Positions 28,376 to 38,206 of a stretch of DNA of 64,000 nt are shown piece by piece. The translations under genes were made by a program, and so were the position numbers. A model generated the notes under the pieces. The model saw only the letters and a program-made list of their open reading frames with translations. It was not told the DNA's origin and ran no database searches. Location: assembly GCA_963729895.1 (NCBI GenBank), contig CAVSQB010000031.1, positions 25,639-89,638 of the forward strand, given 5' to 3'. This DNA is from an uncultured Fibrobacterota bacterium (lineage in GTDB: Bacteria > Fibrobacterota > Chitinivibrionia > Chitinivibrionales > FEN-1185). Numbering within the stretch: position 1 is the first letter of the stretch; each line of letters opens with the position of its first letter.

Positions 28376-29581
28376 ATGAAAAACCCTTCACGCCTCAAGA
28401 ACCTGTGCGCCGTTCTAATCGGTTGCGGCGTAGCGTTCCTTTCGTGCTCCCAATTTCCCACGCAGCTCGGCTACATAGGCGACCAATATGTTCAGACGGT
28501 GGGCTTTGTTTTCACTCCGCTTGCGGAAGGCGCTCCGGGCGACACCCTCCATCTGCATGCCTATTTTGCGGGAGAAGCTGTCCGCTCATTCGCGTGCAGC
28601 CTTTCGACCCAGTATACGGTCACCGTGTTCGGTTCGGACACCGCCGTCAATTTCAAGCCGCTCGTGGACCCGAACGCCACGGTCGCGCCCGACTCCATTT
28701 CTCTCTCCCTCGTCATTCCACCGGACATTTTCGCCGGCTTTGGCCCGCTTATCGAGGCCGCACTCGCGACGTTCCCCGATTCGGAAAAGAAGCTCCTGGG
28801 TCTCGATTCCGCCTCTCTCGACCGGGTGCCGCCGTCGCAGCTTGCCGGCGCTATAGGATTGTTCCTCACCACCACCGATTTTTCCACGCTTGATTCTTCC
28901 GTTTGCCAACAGATCGCGCACCTTTCCGAAATTCTCTCCACTCAAATTGTGTTGCATCTCGCGGTCAACGGCGGCTACACGATCGTTCGGAATATTACAG
29001 TCCGGTATAATTCCCATATCCGCACTGACCGCTACGTTTTTGTCAACAGGAATCCCGACCCGTGGTGGATCGGCATTCTTAAGGTGAGAAACCGGAAACA
29101 ACAACTTCTGTCGGTTTTCGAAAGGGACTCGGGTGACACCATATTCTGTCTGTACGCCAAGGACACGTCCGTGGTTGCAGGGCCCAAACGCTTTACCGAC
29201 ACGGTCGTAATAGACACGGGATTTACGTACTACGCTGCCGGCGACAGCGGGATCGCAAGCGGGATCGACCACCGCGACTCCTCGTATACAAACGAAGGAG
29301 TTCTCGTTCCGGAGGTTTACAGTTACCTTTGGTTTTATCAGCCGGATTCCGGAACCGCCGACCTCAATCCCCAGAACTCGCTTTCGATCAGCACTGGCCG
29401 GGGCTATTACAGTTCCCTGGCGCCGCCCCTCGACACCTCGATGCACAATTTCACGATCTGGGCACGCGCCTCGGAGAGCGCCACAGGCGAGCTTAACGCC
29501 CCGGTCTCGGTCTCGGTCCGGCAGGTAAGCCTCGTACTTCTTTATTCGCAGAATTATGCGGGGGCAGTTACAAAAAAATGA
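28376..29581 (+). CDS. Hypothetical lipoprotein, last gene of the Ton locus
   Basis: Lipobox-like FLSC after a hydrophobic stretch; 17 nt after the TBDT stop. Confidence 0.7.
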   Translation: MKNPSRLKNLCAVLIGCGVAFLSCSQFPTQLGYIGDQYVQTVGFVFTPLAEGAPGDTLHLHAYFAGEAVRSFACSLSTQYTVTVFGSDTAVNFKPLVDPNATVAPDSISLSLVIPPDIFAGFGPLIEAALATFPDSEKKLLGLDSASLDRVPPSQLAGAIGLFLTTTDFSTLDSSVCQQIAHLSEILSTQIVLHLAVNGGYTIVRNITVRYNSHIRTDRYVFVNRNPDPWWIGILKVRNRKQQLLSVFERDSGDTIFCLYAKDTSVVAGPKRFTDTVVIDTGFTYYAAGDSGIASGIDHRDSSYTNEGVLVPEVYSYLWFYQPDSGTADLNPQNSLSISTGRGYYSSLAPPLDTSMHNFTIWARASESATGELNAPVSVSVRQVSLVLLYSQNYAGAVTKK

Positions 29582-29648
29582 TGCGGTAAAGAGGAACCTT
29601 GCGGGATGTCCGAGCCGCGTCAACCGGTCACCTGCGGAAGGCCGTTTC

Positions 29649-30698
29649 TCATTTTGCCTTCATGCTGCCGGAAAGCTGGCCGCAGGCGCCCTTGATGTCC
29701 TGTCCCCTGCTTCTTCTCAGGGTGACATTCAAGCCGTGGTCAAAGAGGTTCTGGACAAATGACTCGACTTTTTTTTGCGAGGGCCCTTTTCCCCCGCCGT
29801 ATCTGCTTGGATTAAGGGATATCACATTTATCTTGCAGACAATCCCGCGCAGCAGGGAGGCGAGGGCCGCAACCGCTTCTCTGCCGTCATTTTCACCTTC
29901 TATCACTACATACTCGAACGTGACGGGTCTCCCGGTTTTCTCAAAGTATTCCTGTGAGATTTCAACAAGAGACTCAAGGGGATATTTTTTGTTGACAGGC
30001 ATGATCCTGTCGCGCACCGCGTTGTTATATGCGTTGAGCGATATGGCAAGTCCGACGGGAATGTCCTGCTCCATCAGTTTTCGTATTGACGGCACAACTC
30101 CTGCCGTCGAAACCGTGATGCGCCGCGCCCCGATGGTAAAAGCCTCCTCGGAATTGATGATCTCGAGCGACGAAAGGAAATTGCCGAAATTCGACAGTGC
30201 CTCGCCCATCCCCATGAACACGACGTTGGTAACCGGTTTGTCCTTTCTTGACGCCTGATAATCATTGATTCCAATGAGCTGGCCGAGGATTTCCGCCTGT
30301 GTGAGGTTACGCACGAACCCCATGGCGCCTGTCTCGCAAAACACGCAGCCCAGGTTGCAGCCGAGCTGGCTCGACAGACAGGCGGTACGGCGCTCGCCGT
30401 CGACCAAAAGCACGCTTTCCACGAGGAATTCCGAATCAGCAAGCTTGAACCCGAACTTCACCGCGTCTTTGTGGGAGGACTCCAGGACCGCGCTTACGGC
30501 AAGTTTTTCCGCGGTGAAATGTTCGGCGAGTTTCCTGTGCGACTCCTTTGAGATGTTTGCCATGGCGTCAAAGCCGTCAACGCGCTTCTGGTACAGCCAT
30601 TTGGCAACCTGTTTTGCACGGAACGGAGGCTCGCCGAGAGAGGTAATGGCGGCAGCGAGCGCAGTGAGGGAAAGGTTTTTGAGGTTGGGTTTTTCCAT
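29649..30698 (-). CDS. rlmN: 23S rRNA/tRNA m2A methyltransferase RlmN
   Basis: CLSSQLGCNLGCVFC, MGMGE, TVSTAG, FEYV, GQDIKGACGQL. Confidence 0.96.
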   Translation of the reverse strand: MEKPNLKNLSLTALAAAITSLGEPPFRAKQVAKWLYQKRVDGFDAMANISKESHRKLAEHFTAEKLAVSAVLESSHKDAVKFGFKLADSEFLVESVLLVDGERRTACLSSQLGCNLGCVFCETGAMGFVRNLTQAEILGQLIGINDYQASRKDKPVTNVVFMGMGEALSNFGNFLSSLEIINSEEAFTIGARRITVSTAGVVPSIRKLMEQDIPVGLAISLNAYNNAVRDRIMPVNKKYPLESLVEISQEYFEKTGRPVTFEYVVIEGENDGREAVAALASLLRGIVCKINVISLNPSRYGGGKGPSQKKVESFVQNLFDHGLNVTLRRSRGQDIKGACGQLSGSMKAK

Positions 30699-30752
30699 GT
30701 GGTCATCGGATGTTTGAGAGAAATTACGTTGTGGGGGTTACCTCGAAGCAAC

Positions 30753-30778
30753 AAAAAAGGCCCTGCCGTCGCAGGACC
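30753..30778 (-). terminator. Rho-independent terminator after tRNA-Leu
   Basis: Minus strand GGTCCTGC-GACG-GCAGGGCC-TTTTTT. Confidence 0.7.
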
Positions 30779-30805
30779 ATTAACAAAGAGGATTGGCTGA
30801 AAAAA

Positions 30806-30892
30806 TGGTGCGGTCGGTCGGAATCGAACCGACACAGGATTGCTCCCACATGCCCCTCAAACATGCGTGTCTACCAATTCCACCACGACCGC
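30806..30892 (-). tRNA. tRNA-Leu(GAG)
   Basis: GCGGTCG..CGACCGC-A-CCA acceptor, GGAATTGGTAGACAC D-arm, CATGT-TTGAGGG-GCATG anticodon arm, long variable arm, GGTTCGATTCC; usual position after secG. Confidence 0.97.
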
Positions 30893-30909
30893 ACAAATCA
30901 ACTTCGGCC

Positions 30910-31392
30910 CTATTTCTTCCCTTGTGCCGGCGCAGGCGCCGCCGCCGGCGGAACAGCCTGTATCGGCACTCCCGGATTCGGCATTCCTTGCGGAGCAGCG
31001 CCCGAAGGAATTCCCTGGGGAGCGGGGAGGCTGCCGGCTGCGCCCGGATTGCCGATGGGAAGTCCCTGCTGACCCTGCAATACCGACGAAGGCGAAAAAG
31101 ACCCTTGTTTCTCCGCCCGCTCCTTGAGCGCGGATTTCACCTGCGCACCCGTCGGATGGGACAGGAATACGGAAAGAAGCAGGCAAAGACCGAGAAAAAT
31201 CCCGGCTGAAATTGCGGTAGCACGCGTCAGGATGTTCGCCGTGTCCTGCGAGCCTAAAAGATTGGTTGCACTTGAAAACCCGCCGCCGAGTGCGCCTGAA
31301 ATTCCGCCGCCCTTGTCGGATTGAATAAGGATGAGCAGGCACAGGAAAATACACACGATCACAAAGATGACAAGACCAATTCCAAACAACAT
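30910..31392 (-). CDS. secG: Preprotein translocase subunit SecG
   Basis: LILIQSDKGGGISGALGGG, NILTRAT, two TM helices, Pro/Ala-rich tail; tpiA-secG-tRNA synteny. Confidence 0.92.
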   Translation of the reverse strand: MLFGIGLVIFVIVCIFLCLLILIQSDKGGGISGALGGGFSSATNLLGSQDTANILTRATAISAGIFLGLCLLLSVFLSHPTGAQVKSALKERAEKQGSFSPSSVLQGQQGLPIGNPGAAGSLPAPQGIPSGAAPQGMPNPGVPIQAVPPAAAPAPAQGKK

Positions 31393-31413
31393 AGGTACCC
31401 GGCCTTGCTAGAA

Positions 31414-32169
31414 TTATTTAGGTTGAACTATTCCGAAGAAATCGTCGGCCTTGAGCGCTGCGCCGCCGATAAGCCCGCCGTCCACGTCCGACAGAGCAAG
31501 CAACGCTTTTGCGTTGTCCGGTTTCATGCTGCCGCCGTACTGGATGCGCATTGCAGCGGCAGTGTCGCTGTCGTACATGCCTGCGACCTGTTTTCGTATA
31601 AACACATGCATCTCGTTTGCCTGGTCGGGCGTTGCCACTTCGCCGGTGCCTATTGCCCAGACCGGTTCGTAGGCAATGGTGCACTTGAGGCTGTCGGCCT
31701 TGGAAATGCCGGCAAAGGCGCCTTTTGTCTGTCCTTCTACAATCGAGAACAGCTTGCCTGTTTTGCGTTCGTCAAGTGTTTCGCCCACGCATACGATGGG
31801 CAGCAGTCCCGCGGCAAGAGCGGCTTTCACCTTCTTGTTCACGGTTTCGTTAGTCTCATGGAAATACTGGCGCTGCTCTGAATGGCCGATGATCACATAT
31901 TCCACACCAACGCTCTTGAGCATGGCGCAACTCACCTTACCCGTATACGCGCCCTTGGCCTCCCAGTGGACGTCCTGCGCGCCAAGCTTCACCGAAGAGT
32001 CTTTCAATGCTCTGGACACAGCCTTGAGGCTGATATAGGGCGGGCACACGGCAATGTCCACGTCCGTGACTTTTCCCATTTTCTCCACCACGGCCTTTGC
32101 GAGTATGACAGCCTCGTCAATCGTGGTGTTCATTTTCCAGTTGCCGGCAATAAACTTCTTGCGTGCCAT
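31414..32169 (-). CDS. tpiA: Triose-phosphate isomerase
   Basis: AGNWKMN, GHSEQR, AYEPVWAIGTG, YGGSM, DGGLIGGA. Confidence 0.98.
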   Translation of the reverse strand: MARKKFIAGNWKMNTTIDEAVILAKAVVEKMGKVTDVDIAVCPPYISLKAVSRALKDSSVKLGAQDVHWEAKGAYTGKVSCAMLKSVGVEYVIIGHSEQRQYFHETNETVNKKVKAALAAGLLPIVCVGETLDERKTGKLFSIVEGQTKGAFAGISKADSLKCTIAYEPVWAIGTGEVATPDQANEMHVFIRKQVAGMYDSDTAAAMRIQYGGSMKPDNAKALLALSDVDGGLIGGAALKADDFFGIVQPK

Positions 32170-32208
32170 GATTTGTTTTTCTCCTTGGGGCCTTAAAATA
32201 TGTTATGT

Positions 32209-33477
32209 CTATCTGTCCATCAACGCTTTCACGCCCGGCAGCTCCTTGCCCTCAACAAGCTCAAGCGATGCTCCGCCGCCCGTGGATATGTGGGACATCT
32301 TGCTGGACAGGCCCATTTTGTTGACTGCCGAGACGGAATCGCCGCCGCCGATGACGGTTGTGGCGCCGGAGAGACCGGCGAGCGCTGTTGCCATGACCTT
32401 TGTTCCTTCGGCGAATTTCGGGAACTCAAACACGCCCATGGGGCCGTTCCAGAATACGGTCTTTGCGCCCGCAAGCGCGGCCTTGAATTTCTCAATGGTC
32501 TTGGGCCCGATGTCCATGCCCATCCAACCATCTTCAATGGCATCACCTGCAGACACCTTTGAAACGGCTTCTGCAGAGAATTCCTGGGTCACCACATGGT
32601 CAAGGGGAAGCAGAAGCTCCACTTTCTTTTCTGCAGCTTTTGCAAGAACGCCCTTCGCGGTCTCGACCATGTCGTCTTCGACAAGCGACTTGCCTATGGA
32701 AAGGCCCCTGGATTTAAGAAAGGTGTACGCCATGCCGCCGCCGATGATGATTGTGTTTACCTTGCCAAGCAGGCTTTCGAGTACGGCAATTTTGGATGAC
32801 ACCTTGGCCCCGCCGATCACCGCAACAAACGGCTTTGCGGGATTCTTTACGATTTTTTCCTGCAGATATTCGAGTTCCTTTTCCATGAGGAACCCCGCAA
32901 CCGCGGGGAGGTAGTGCGCCACCGTCTCGGTTGACGCGTGCGGACGGTGAGCCGTGCCGAACGCATCGTTGACATACACGTCACCGTACCGCGCGAGGGC
33001 TTTGGCCATTTTTTCGCGCTCCGCAGGGTCTTTCGAGGTTTCTTCTTTGTGAAAACGGGTGTTCTCCAACATCAAGACCCCTCTCTGCGGAAGGCTCTTC
33101 ACCATGGCTTCGGTCTCCGGACCCATGCATGCGGGCGCGAGCTTCACCTCTTTGCCCAAAAGCTTTGCCAGGTGCGCGGCAACCGGCGCCATCTTGTGTT
33201 TTCCCTCTATATATTTCTTTTCGTCAAACGGCTTGCCGTCTTTCTCTGCCTTGTCTTTGGCCTTCTGCATGTCTTTTTTGGGGTCGCCCAAATGGGACAT
33301 CAGCACGAGGCTTGTGCAGCCCTTCTCAAGCACGTACTTGATCGAAGGGAGCGCAGCCTTGATTCGCGTGTCGTCCTGAATGACCCCGTCCTTGAGAGGG
33401 ACGTTGAAGTCGACGCGCATGAGAACCCGTTTGCCGGTAACATCGATATCGCGAAGCGTTTTTTTTGAAATGGCCAT
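32209..33477 (-). CDS. pgk: Phosphoglycerate kinase
   Basis: RVDFNVP, SHLG, LENTRF, NDAFGTAHR, GGAKVSSKI, WNGPMGVFE, STGGGASL; start at ATG 33477 after GGAGG. Confidence 0.98.
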   Translation of the reverse strand: MAISKKTLRDIDVTGKRVLMRVDFNVPLKDGVIQDDTRIKAALPSIKYVLEKGCTSLVLMSHLGDPKKDMQKAKDKAEKDGKPFDEKKYIEGKHKMAPVAAHLAKLLGKEVKLAPACMGPETEAMVKSLPQRGVLMLENTRFHKEETSKDPAEREKMAKALARYGDVYVNDAFGTAHRPHASTETVAHYLPAVAGFLMEKELEYLQEKIVKNPAKPFVAVIGGAKVSSKIAVLESLLGKVNTIIIGGGMAYTFLKSRGLSIGKSLVEDDMVETAKGVLAKAAEKKVELLLPLDHVVTQEFSAEAVSKVSAGDAIEDGWMGMDIGPKTIEKFKAALAGAKTVFWNGPMGVFEFPKFAEGTKVMATALAGLSGATTVIGGGDSVSAVNKMGLSSKMSHISTGGGASLELVEGKELPGVKALMDR

Positions 33478-33544
33478 GTATTCCTCCACAAAGCTGCTGG
33501 AATGATTCATTCCACTATGGACTTACTTGATTTTCAGGATCGCT

Positions 33545-33636
33545 CCCTCTCCTCGCAGGAAAGGGAAACGGAGGATGAGGCCGCAATTGCGCAAACCGCG
33601 ACTTCATCCCCGCTCTTCTCCCACAAAGAGAAGGGG
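33545..33636. repeat. Inverted pair of REP-like CCCTCTCC..GAGGG palindromes between gap and pgk
   Basis: CCCTCTCCTCGCAGGAAAGGG..GGATGAGG and CTTCATCCCCGCTCTTCTCCCACAAAGAGAAGGGG; related motif at 38041-38101. Confidence 0.55.
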
Positions 33637-33658
33637 TACCTGTCGTGGGGCCAACCGC

Positions 33659-34774
<1,116 letters not shown>

Positions 34775-34967
34775 TTATCTATTTTGTACTATGGAAAGCG
34801 AAGCCTTTGATTGAGGTTTCCGAATTTCAATGAAGGCTTCAAAATATACTTTGGCTCGGATGAGCAGTCAAGTTTTTAAGGGTAAGGAATCGAGTGTTTT
34901 GTGAATTTTTTCTGTATTGATTTTGTTTTTTAGGAGAGGTGTAGGCATTCTCGATAAAAGAAAAATC

Positions 34968-35128
34968 TGGGCGCCCCGCCGAGTACGGCGTCGGCCCTCC
35001 TTGCGAGCCACCCCTTCGGGTGCTTCCAAGGGTCGTCGGCTGTCGGCCTCGGTACCGCCTGCCCTACGGCCTGCGGCCGGGGTCAGGCAGCACCGCGCTC
35101 CAGCGCGCTCTCCAGTCCGGCCTGGCGC
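34968..35128. repeat. Multi-hairpin GC-rich intergenic element, family B copy 2
   Basis: Same ends and hairpin order as 2535-2667, with a different central insert. Confidence 0.75.
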
Positions 35129-35192
35129 TTGGCAGAAGGTAATATCCACAATTGTCAAGATCGATGGGCTTGAATGGTCGAAAAGTTAGGAG

Positions 35193-35340
35193 TTGTTCGG
35201 TTAGAATTTTGTAACCGGGTGCCGCTACGGTGCGCGCAACTGAAGGTACGGGCTTGCCAAGAGTACATCCACGCCGCACCGGCTCAACACACAAAAATAT
35301 TATCTTGATCTTGATAGTGCCGCACCCGCCGGCAATCCAA
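35193..35340 (+). repeat. Structured intergenic element, family A copy 2 (core only)
   Basis: AGAATTTTGTAACCGGGTG..TA-CGGTGCG-N40-CGCACCG-GCTCAAC, then a second GCCGCACCCGCCGGCAATCCAA. Confidence 0.8.
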
Positions 35341-35397
35341 ATGCTTTGATTGTTTTTGTCAACTGTCAACCTTAAACCGTCAACAAGGATCTTCTCC

Positions 35398-36213
35398 ATG
35401 CCGCTTCCCCTCGCCTATCCGTTCAAAACCGGTAAGACAATCAAGAAGGACCTCTTCTTCATTGCCGGGCCCTGCGTAATCGAGTCCGAGCGCCTGTGCC
35501 TCGACATTGCGGAAAGACTGGCGGCGTTGGCTGCGCGAGAAGAAGCCGTGATCATTTTCAAGGCATCGTACGACAAGGCCAACCGCACGTCCCGGTCGTC
35601 ATTCCGGGGACCGGGCATCACAAGGGGCCTGGCGATACTGCGAAAGGTCAAACTGCAGACGGGCCTTCCTATTCTCACCGACATTCATTCCCCCCAAGAG
35701 GCCCGCCAAGCCGCGGCCGTGGCGGACATCCTCCAGATTCCCGCGTTCTTGTGCAGGCAGACGGATTTGCTTGCCGCGGCGGCCGGCACCGGCAAATTCG
35801 TTAATGTCAAGAAGGGGCAATTCATGTCGCCGCGCGACATGAAATACTCCATAGAAAAAGCCGGCGGGCGCGCGTGGGTCACGGAACGCGGCACGTTCTT
35901 CGGGTATAACAGGCTGGTCGTTGACTTTGCGGGAATCCCGGTCCTCAGGAGCCTCGGAGTGCCGGTGGTGTTCGACGCCACCCACAGCGTCCAGGCGCCC
36001 GGCGGAGGAGGTGGGCGCTCCTCGGGCGATCGCGACCTAGCCCTTCCGATGGCACGCGCTGCAGTCTGCATGGGAGTAAACGGGCTTTTCTTTGAAATTC
36101 ATCCGCGGCCGGAAACGGCGCTGTGCGACAGGGACAACACGATTTCGGTGAAGGAGTTCGTGGAGAACGTGCGGCAGCTGAGAGATCTAAGCGAAAAAGT
36201 GGGACAATCCTGA
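35398..36213 (+). CDS. kdsA: KDO-8-phosphate synthase
   Basis: IAGPCVIES, KASYDKANRTS, QIPAFLCRQTDL, NVKKGQF, ERG, DATHSVQ. Confidence 0.96.
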   Translation: MPLPLAYPFKTGKTIKKDLFFIAGPCVIESERLCLDIAERLAALAAREEAVIIFKASYDKANRTSRSSFRGPGITRGLAILRKVKLQTGLPILTDIHSPQEARQAAAVADILQIPAFLCRQTDLLAAAAGTGKFVNVKKGQFMSPRDMKYSIEKAGGRAWVTERGTFFGYNRLVVDFAGIPVLRSLGVPVVFDATHSVQAPGGGGGRSSGDRDLALPMARAAVCMGVNGLFFEIHPRPETALCDRDNTISVKEFVENVRQLRDLSEKVGQS

Positions 36214-36375
36214 AGAAAATCGTCGAAAGCTCTTGTTGGAGAACCCCAGCCGAGTCGCGGGGATTGCGCGGGCTGAAACATTCAACGCCTTTTCAACGTA
36301 AGCCTTAAACGCCGGAATTCGCGATTTGCAAATCGGCGGGATTCGGGCCGGTTTTCAAACCCCTCAATTTCCAGC

Positions 36376-37500
36376 TCACCAGACTACAATTCTTCCCATC
36401 CTTGCCTGCCCCAATGCCTCCAGACTTCCCACATACACGCCTTTCGCAAGATGAGTTTCCGCCGGGCCGATCGTCTGCTCGCCCGACCCCGCGCCGCGGA
36501 AACGGTACACGCAACGCCCCGTGGCGTCGCAGAGCGACACACGAAACGCGCATTGCGTACCCGGGAGTTCGCACACGATCCGGCCGTCCGCTCTGACGTA
36601 AAATGGGGCTGCAAAGGCCGACCTCACTGCGGTTTCCCTGTCTGCTCGAACCGAGGCCGTGCCGTGTGCGTCACGCAGATCGATACCGGTCGGGGTGAGT
36701 GACCCATCCGAATTGAAGACCGCGGATAATTCGAATCCTGTTTGCGAAGCATCCACGAACCACGCGTAACGCTGCACACAAGAAAGGTCTTCGAGCATCG
36801 CAATCACTTGAGGCACAAAAGTATCCACCTGGGCTTGTGTGAGCGCGGCCGCATTGCTCCCGCACCAGCCGAGCGTCTTGCAATCCGGCGCGCCGAACTC
36901 GGTAAGCCAAATGGGTTTCTGGTATTTGGCGTAGGCGTTGGTGAGAAACGTTTTGAGATTGGACACCGACGTGGGCGTGTTGGGCGGCGCGTAATAATGA
37001 AGACAGATGAAGTCCACCCGGTAATTGTTCGCAGCCGCCTGAGTCATGAAAGTGTCGAACCAGACGCCCGGGCTCGACGGCGCGGGACTGCCGAGAGTGA
37101 GTCCGGTTGACATCAACTGCGGCCACAAGCTTATGGCCTGCGCCACCGTCATATTCGATTGGCTGCTTAGGTCCGGCTCATTGAAGCCGAGCAAATATTT
37201 GTAGGTACCGTTGTTCTTCCCCGTTGTTAAAGCACTGATGTTCTGCGCGGTCACATAATTGGCTCCCCAGAGCATCGGCACAAATTCTGGCGTCTGCAGC
37301 CCTGCCGGTACTGTGCCTGATCGCGGATTTGCACCCCAATCATAGTACCAACTCGCATTAGCCGCCGCTATGTTAGCCGGACCGAATTTGGCCGCAGCAA
37401 CACCTTTCTTGGGAGTGACAACATTCACGGCGGCTTCTTCGCCAAATGCCAGAAGCACTGCAACAAAAATCACAAAGATTCCTGTACAAACGTTCTTCAT
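36376..37500 (-). CDS. Secreted GH128-type (Glyco_hydro_cc) beta-1,3-glucanase with T9SS type-A-like C-terminal domain
   Basis: Signal peptide MKNVCTGIFVIFVAVLLAFG; WYYDW, FVPMLWG, LGFNEPD, IWLTEFG, RYAWF; tail with LCDATGRCV..LAKGVY. Confidence 0.85.
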   Translation of the reverse strand: MKNVCTGIFVIFVAVLLAFGEEAAVNVVTPKKGVAAAKFGPANIAAANASWYYDWGANPRSGTVPAGLQTPEFVPMLWGANYVTAQNISALTTGKNNGTYKYLLGFNEPDLSSQSNMTVAQAISLWPQLMSTGLTLGSPAPSSPGVWFDTFMTQAAANNYRVDFICLHYYAPPNTPTSVSNLKTFLTNAYAKYQKPIWLTEFGAPDCKTLGWCGSNAAALTQAQVDTFVPQVIAMLEDLSCVQRYAWFVDASQTGFELSAVFNSDGSLTPTGIDLRDAHGTASVRADRETAVRSAFAAPFYVRADGRIVCELPGTQCAFRVSLCDATGRCVYRFRGAGSGEQTIGPAETHLAKGVYVGSLEALGQARMGRIVVW

Positions 37501-37694
37501 TGGATTTCCCCCTGAAAAACAAGTTCGAGAAAGAAAATTCGCCGTGGGCTTTGGCAGGGCCATGGCAACAGGGAGCCGGCATTCCCTTGTACATAAGATA
37601 CGCACAAAGACAGAATATTTCAACCCATAATGCCTATTTCTTTCACCTTTCAGAAAAACCAAAATGCTGCACTTCCGCGCACCGGCTCAAAATA

Positions 37695-37729
37695 GAAAAG
37701 GGCTGCCATCCACCACGGCAGCCCTTTTC
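37695..37729. terminator. Bidirectional Rho-independent terminator
   Basis: GAAAAGGGCTGCC / GGCAGCCCTTTTC perfect 13-bp stem. Confidence 0.75.
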
Positions 37730-37817
37730 GCCCATTTTACGGAAAAATCATCTGACCAATAGGGATAGTCGCTGGGAAATGCAGGAGGGTTCAATATTTT
37801 TGGCGAAACAATTGTGA

Positions 37818-38199
37818 TGTTGGATTGCTGAGCCGGTGCGGCGATCCAAAGTTAATGCGATTTTGGTTTGCTGAGCGTGTGCGGCCAGGTGCCGGTAGTG
37901 GCGAGACCGAAACGCCTGCTGGGCGCACACTAGAAACACCCGGTTACAAAATTCTCAACATCAATCAAAACCTTACCTCGCAACTTCAACCGTACAGCCA
38001 CACTTCGCGGGTGCCTATAAAATCTTCGTTCAATATTTTCTCCCTCGCCCTCCCGGCGACCCTTGGAAGTACCCAAAGGGGTAGAGAGGGCGGGGTGAGG
38101 GTTTCCTGTGATTCTCGCCCAAACTCCCACTTTGGGGGTCACCCGGCTCAGCCATCCAACAGCTCTTGAATTTCATTTACACATTGCTGCACGCGCCCG
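37818..38199 (-). repeat. Structured intergenic element, family A copy 3 (longest; carries a nested REP-like insert at about 38041-38101)
   Basis: Collinear with copy 1 over about 270 nt; GTGTGCG (37877-37883) -N40- CGCACAC (37924-37930); long IR 37818-37838 / 38140-38161. Confidence 0.85.
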
Positions 38200-38206
38200 G
38201 TAATCT

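Noticed and set aside
37861..37935. Hammerhead ribozyme or group II intron 5' end (CTGAG..GAAAC; GTGCG) within family A
   Set aside because: No CTGANGA core with stems II/III, GAAAC is not conserved in copies 2 and 4, and no domain V or RT is nearby.
37825..38169. Short ORFs across family A copies sharing xVR..RTL..PGYKIL
   Set aside because: No consistent start or RBS, copy 1 has an in-frame stop, and the changes are better explained by base-pair covariation. Kept only as a testable alternative.
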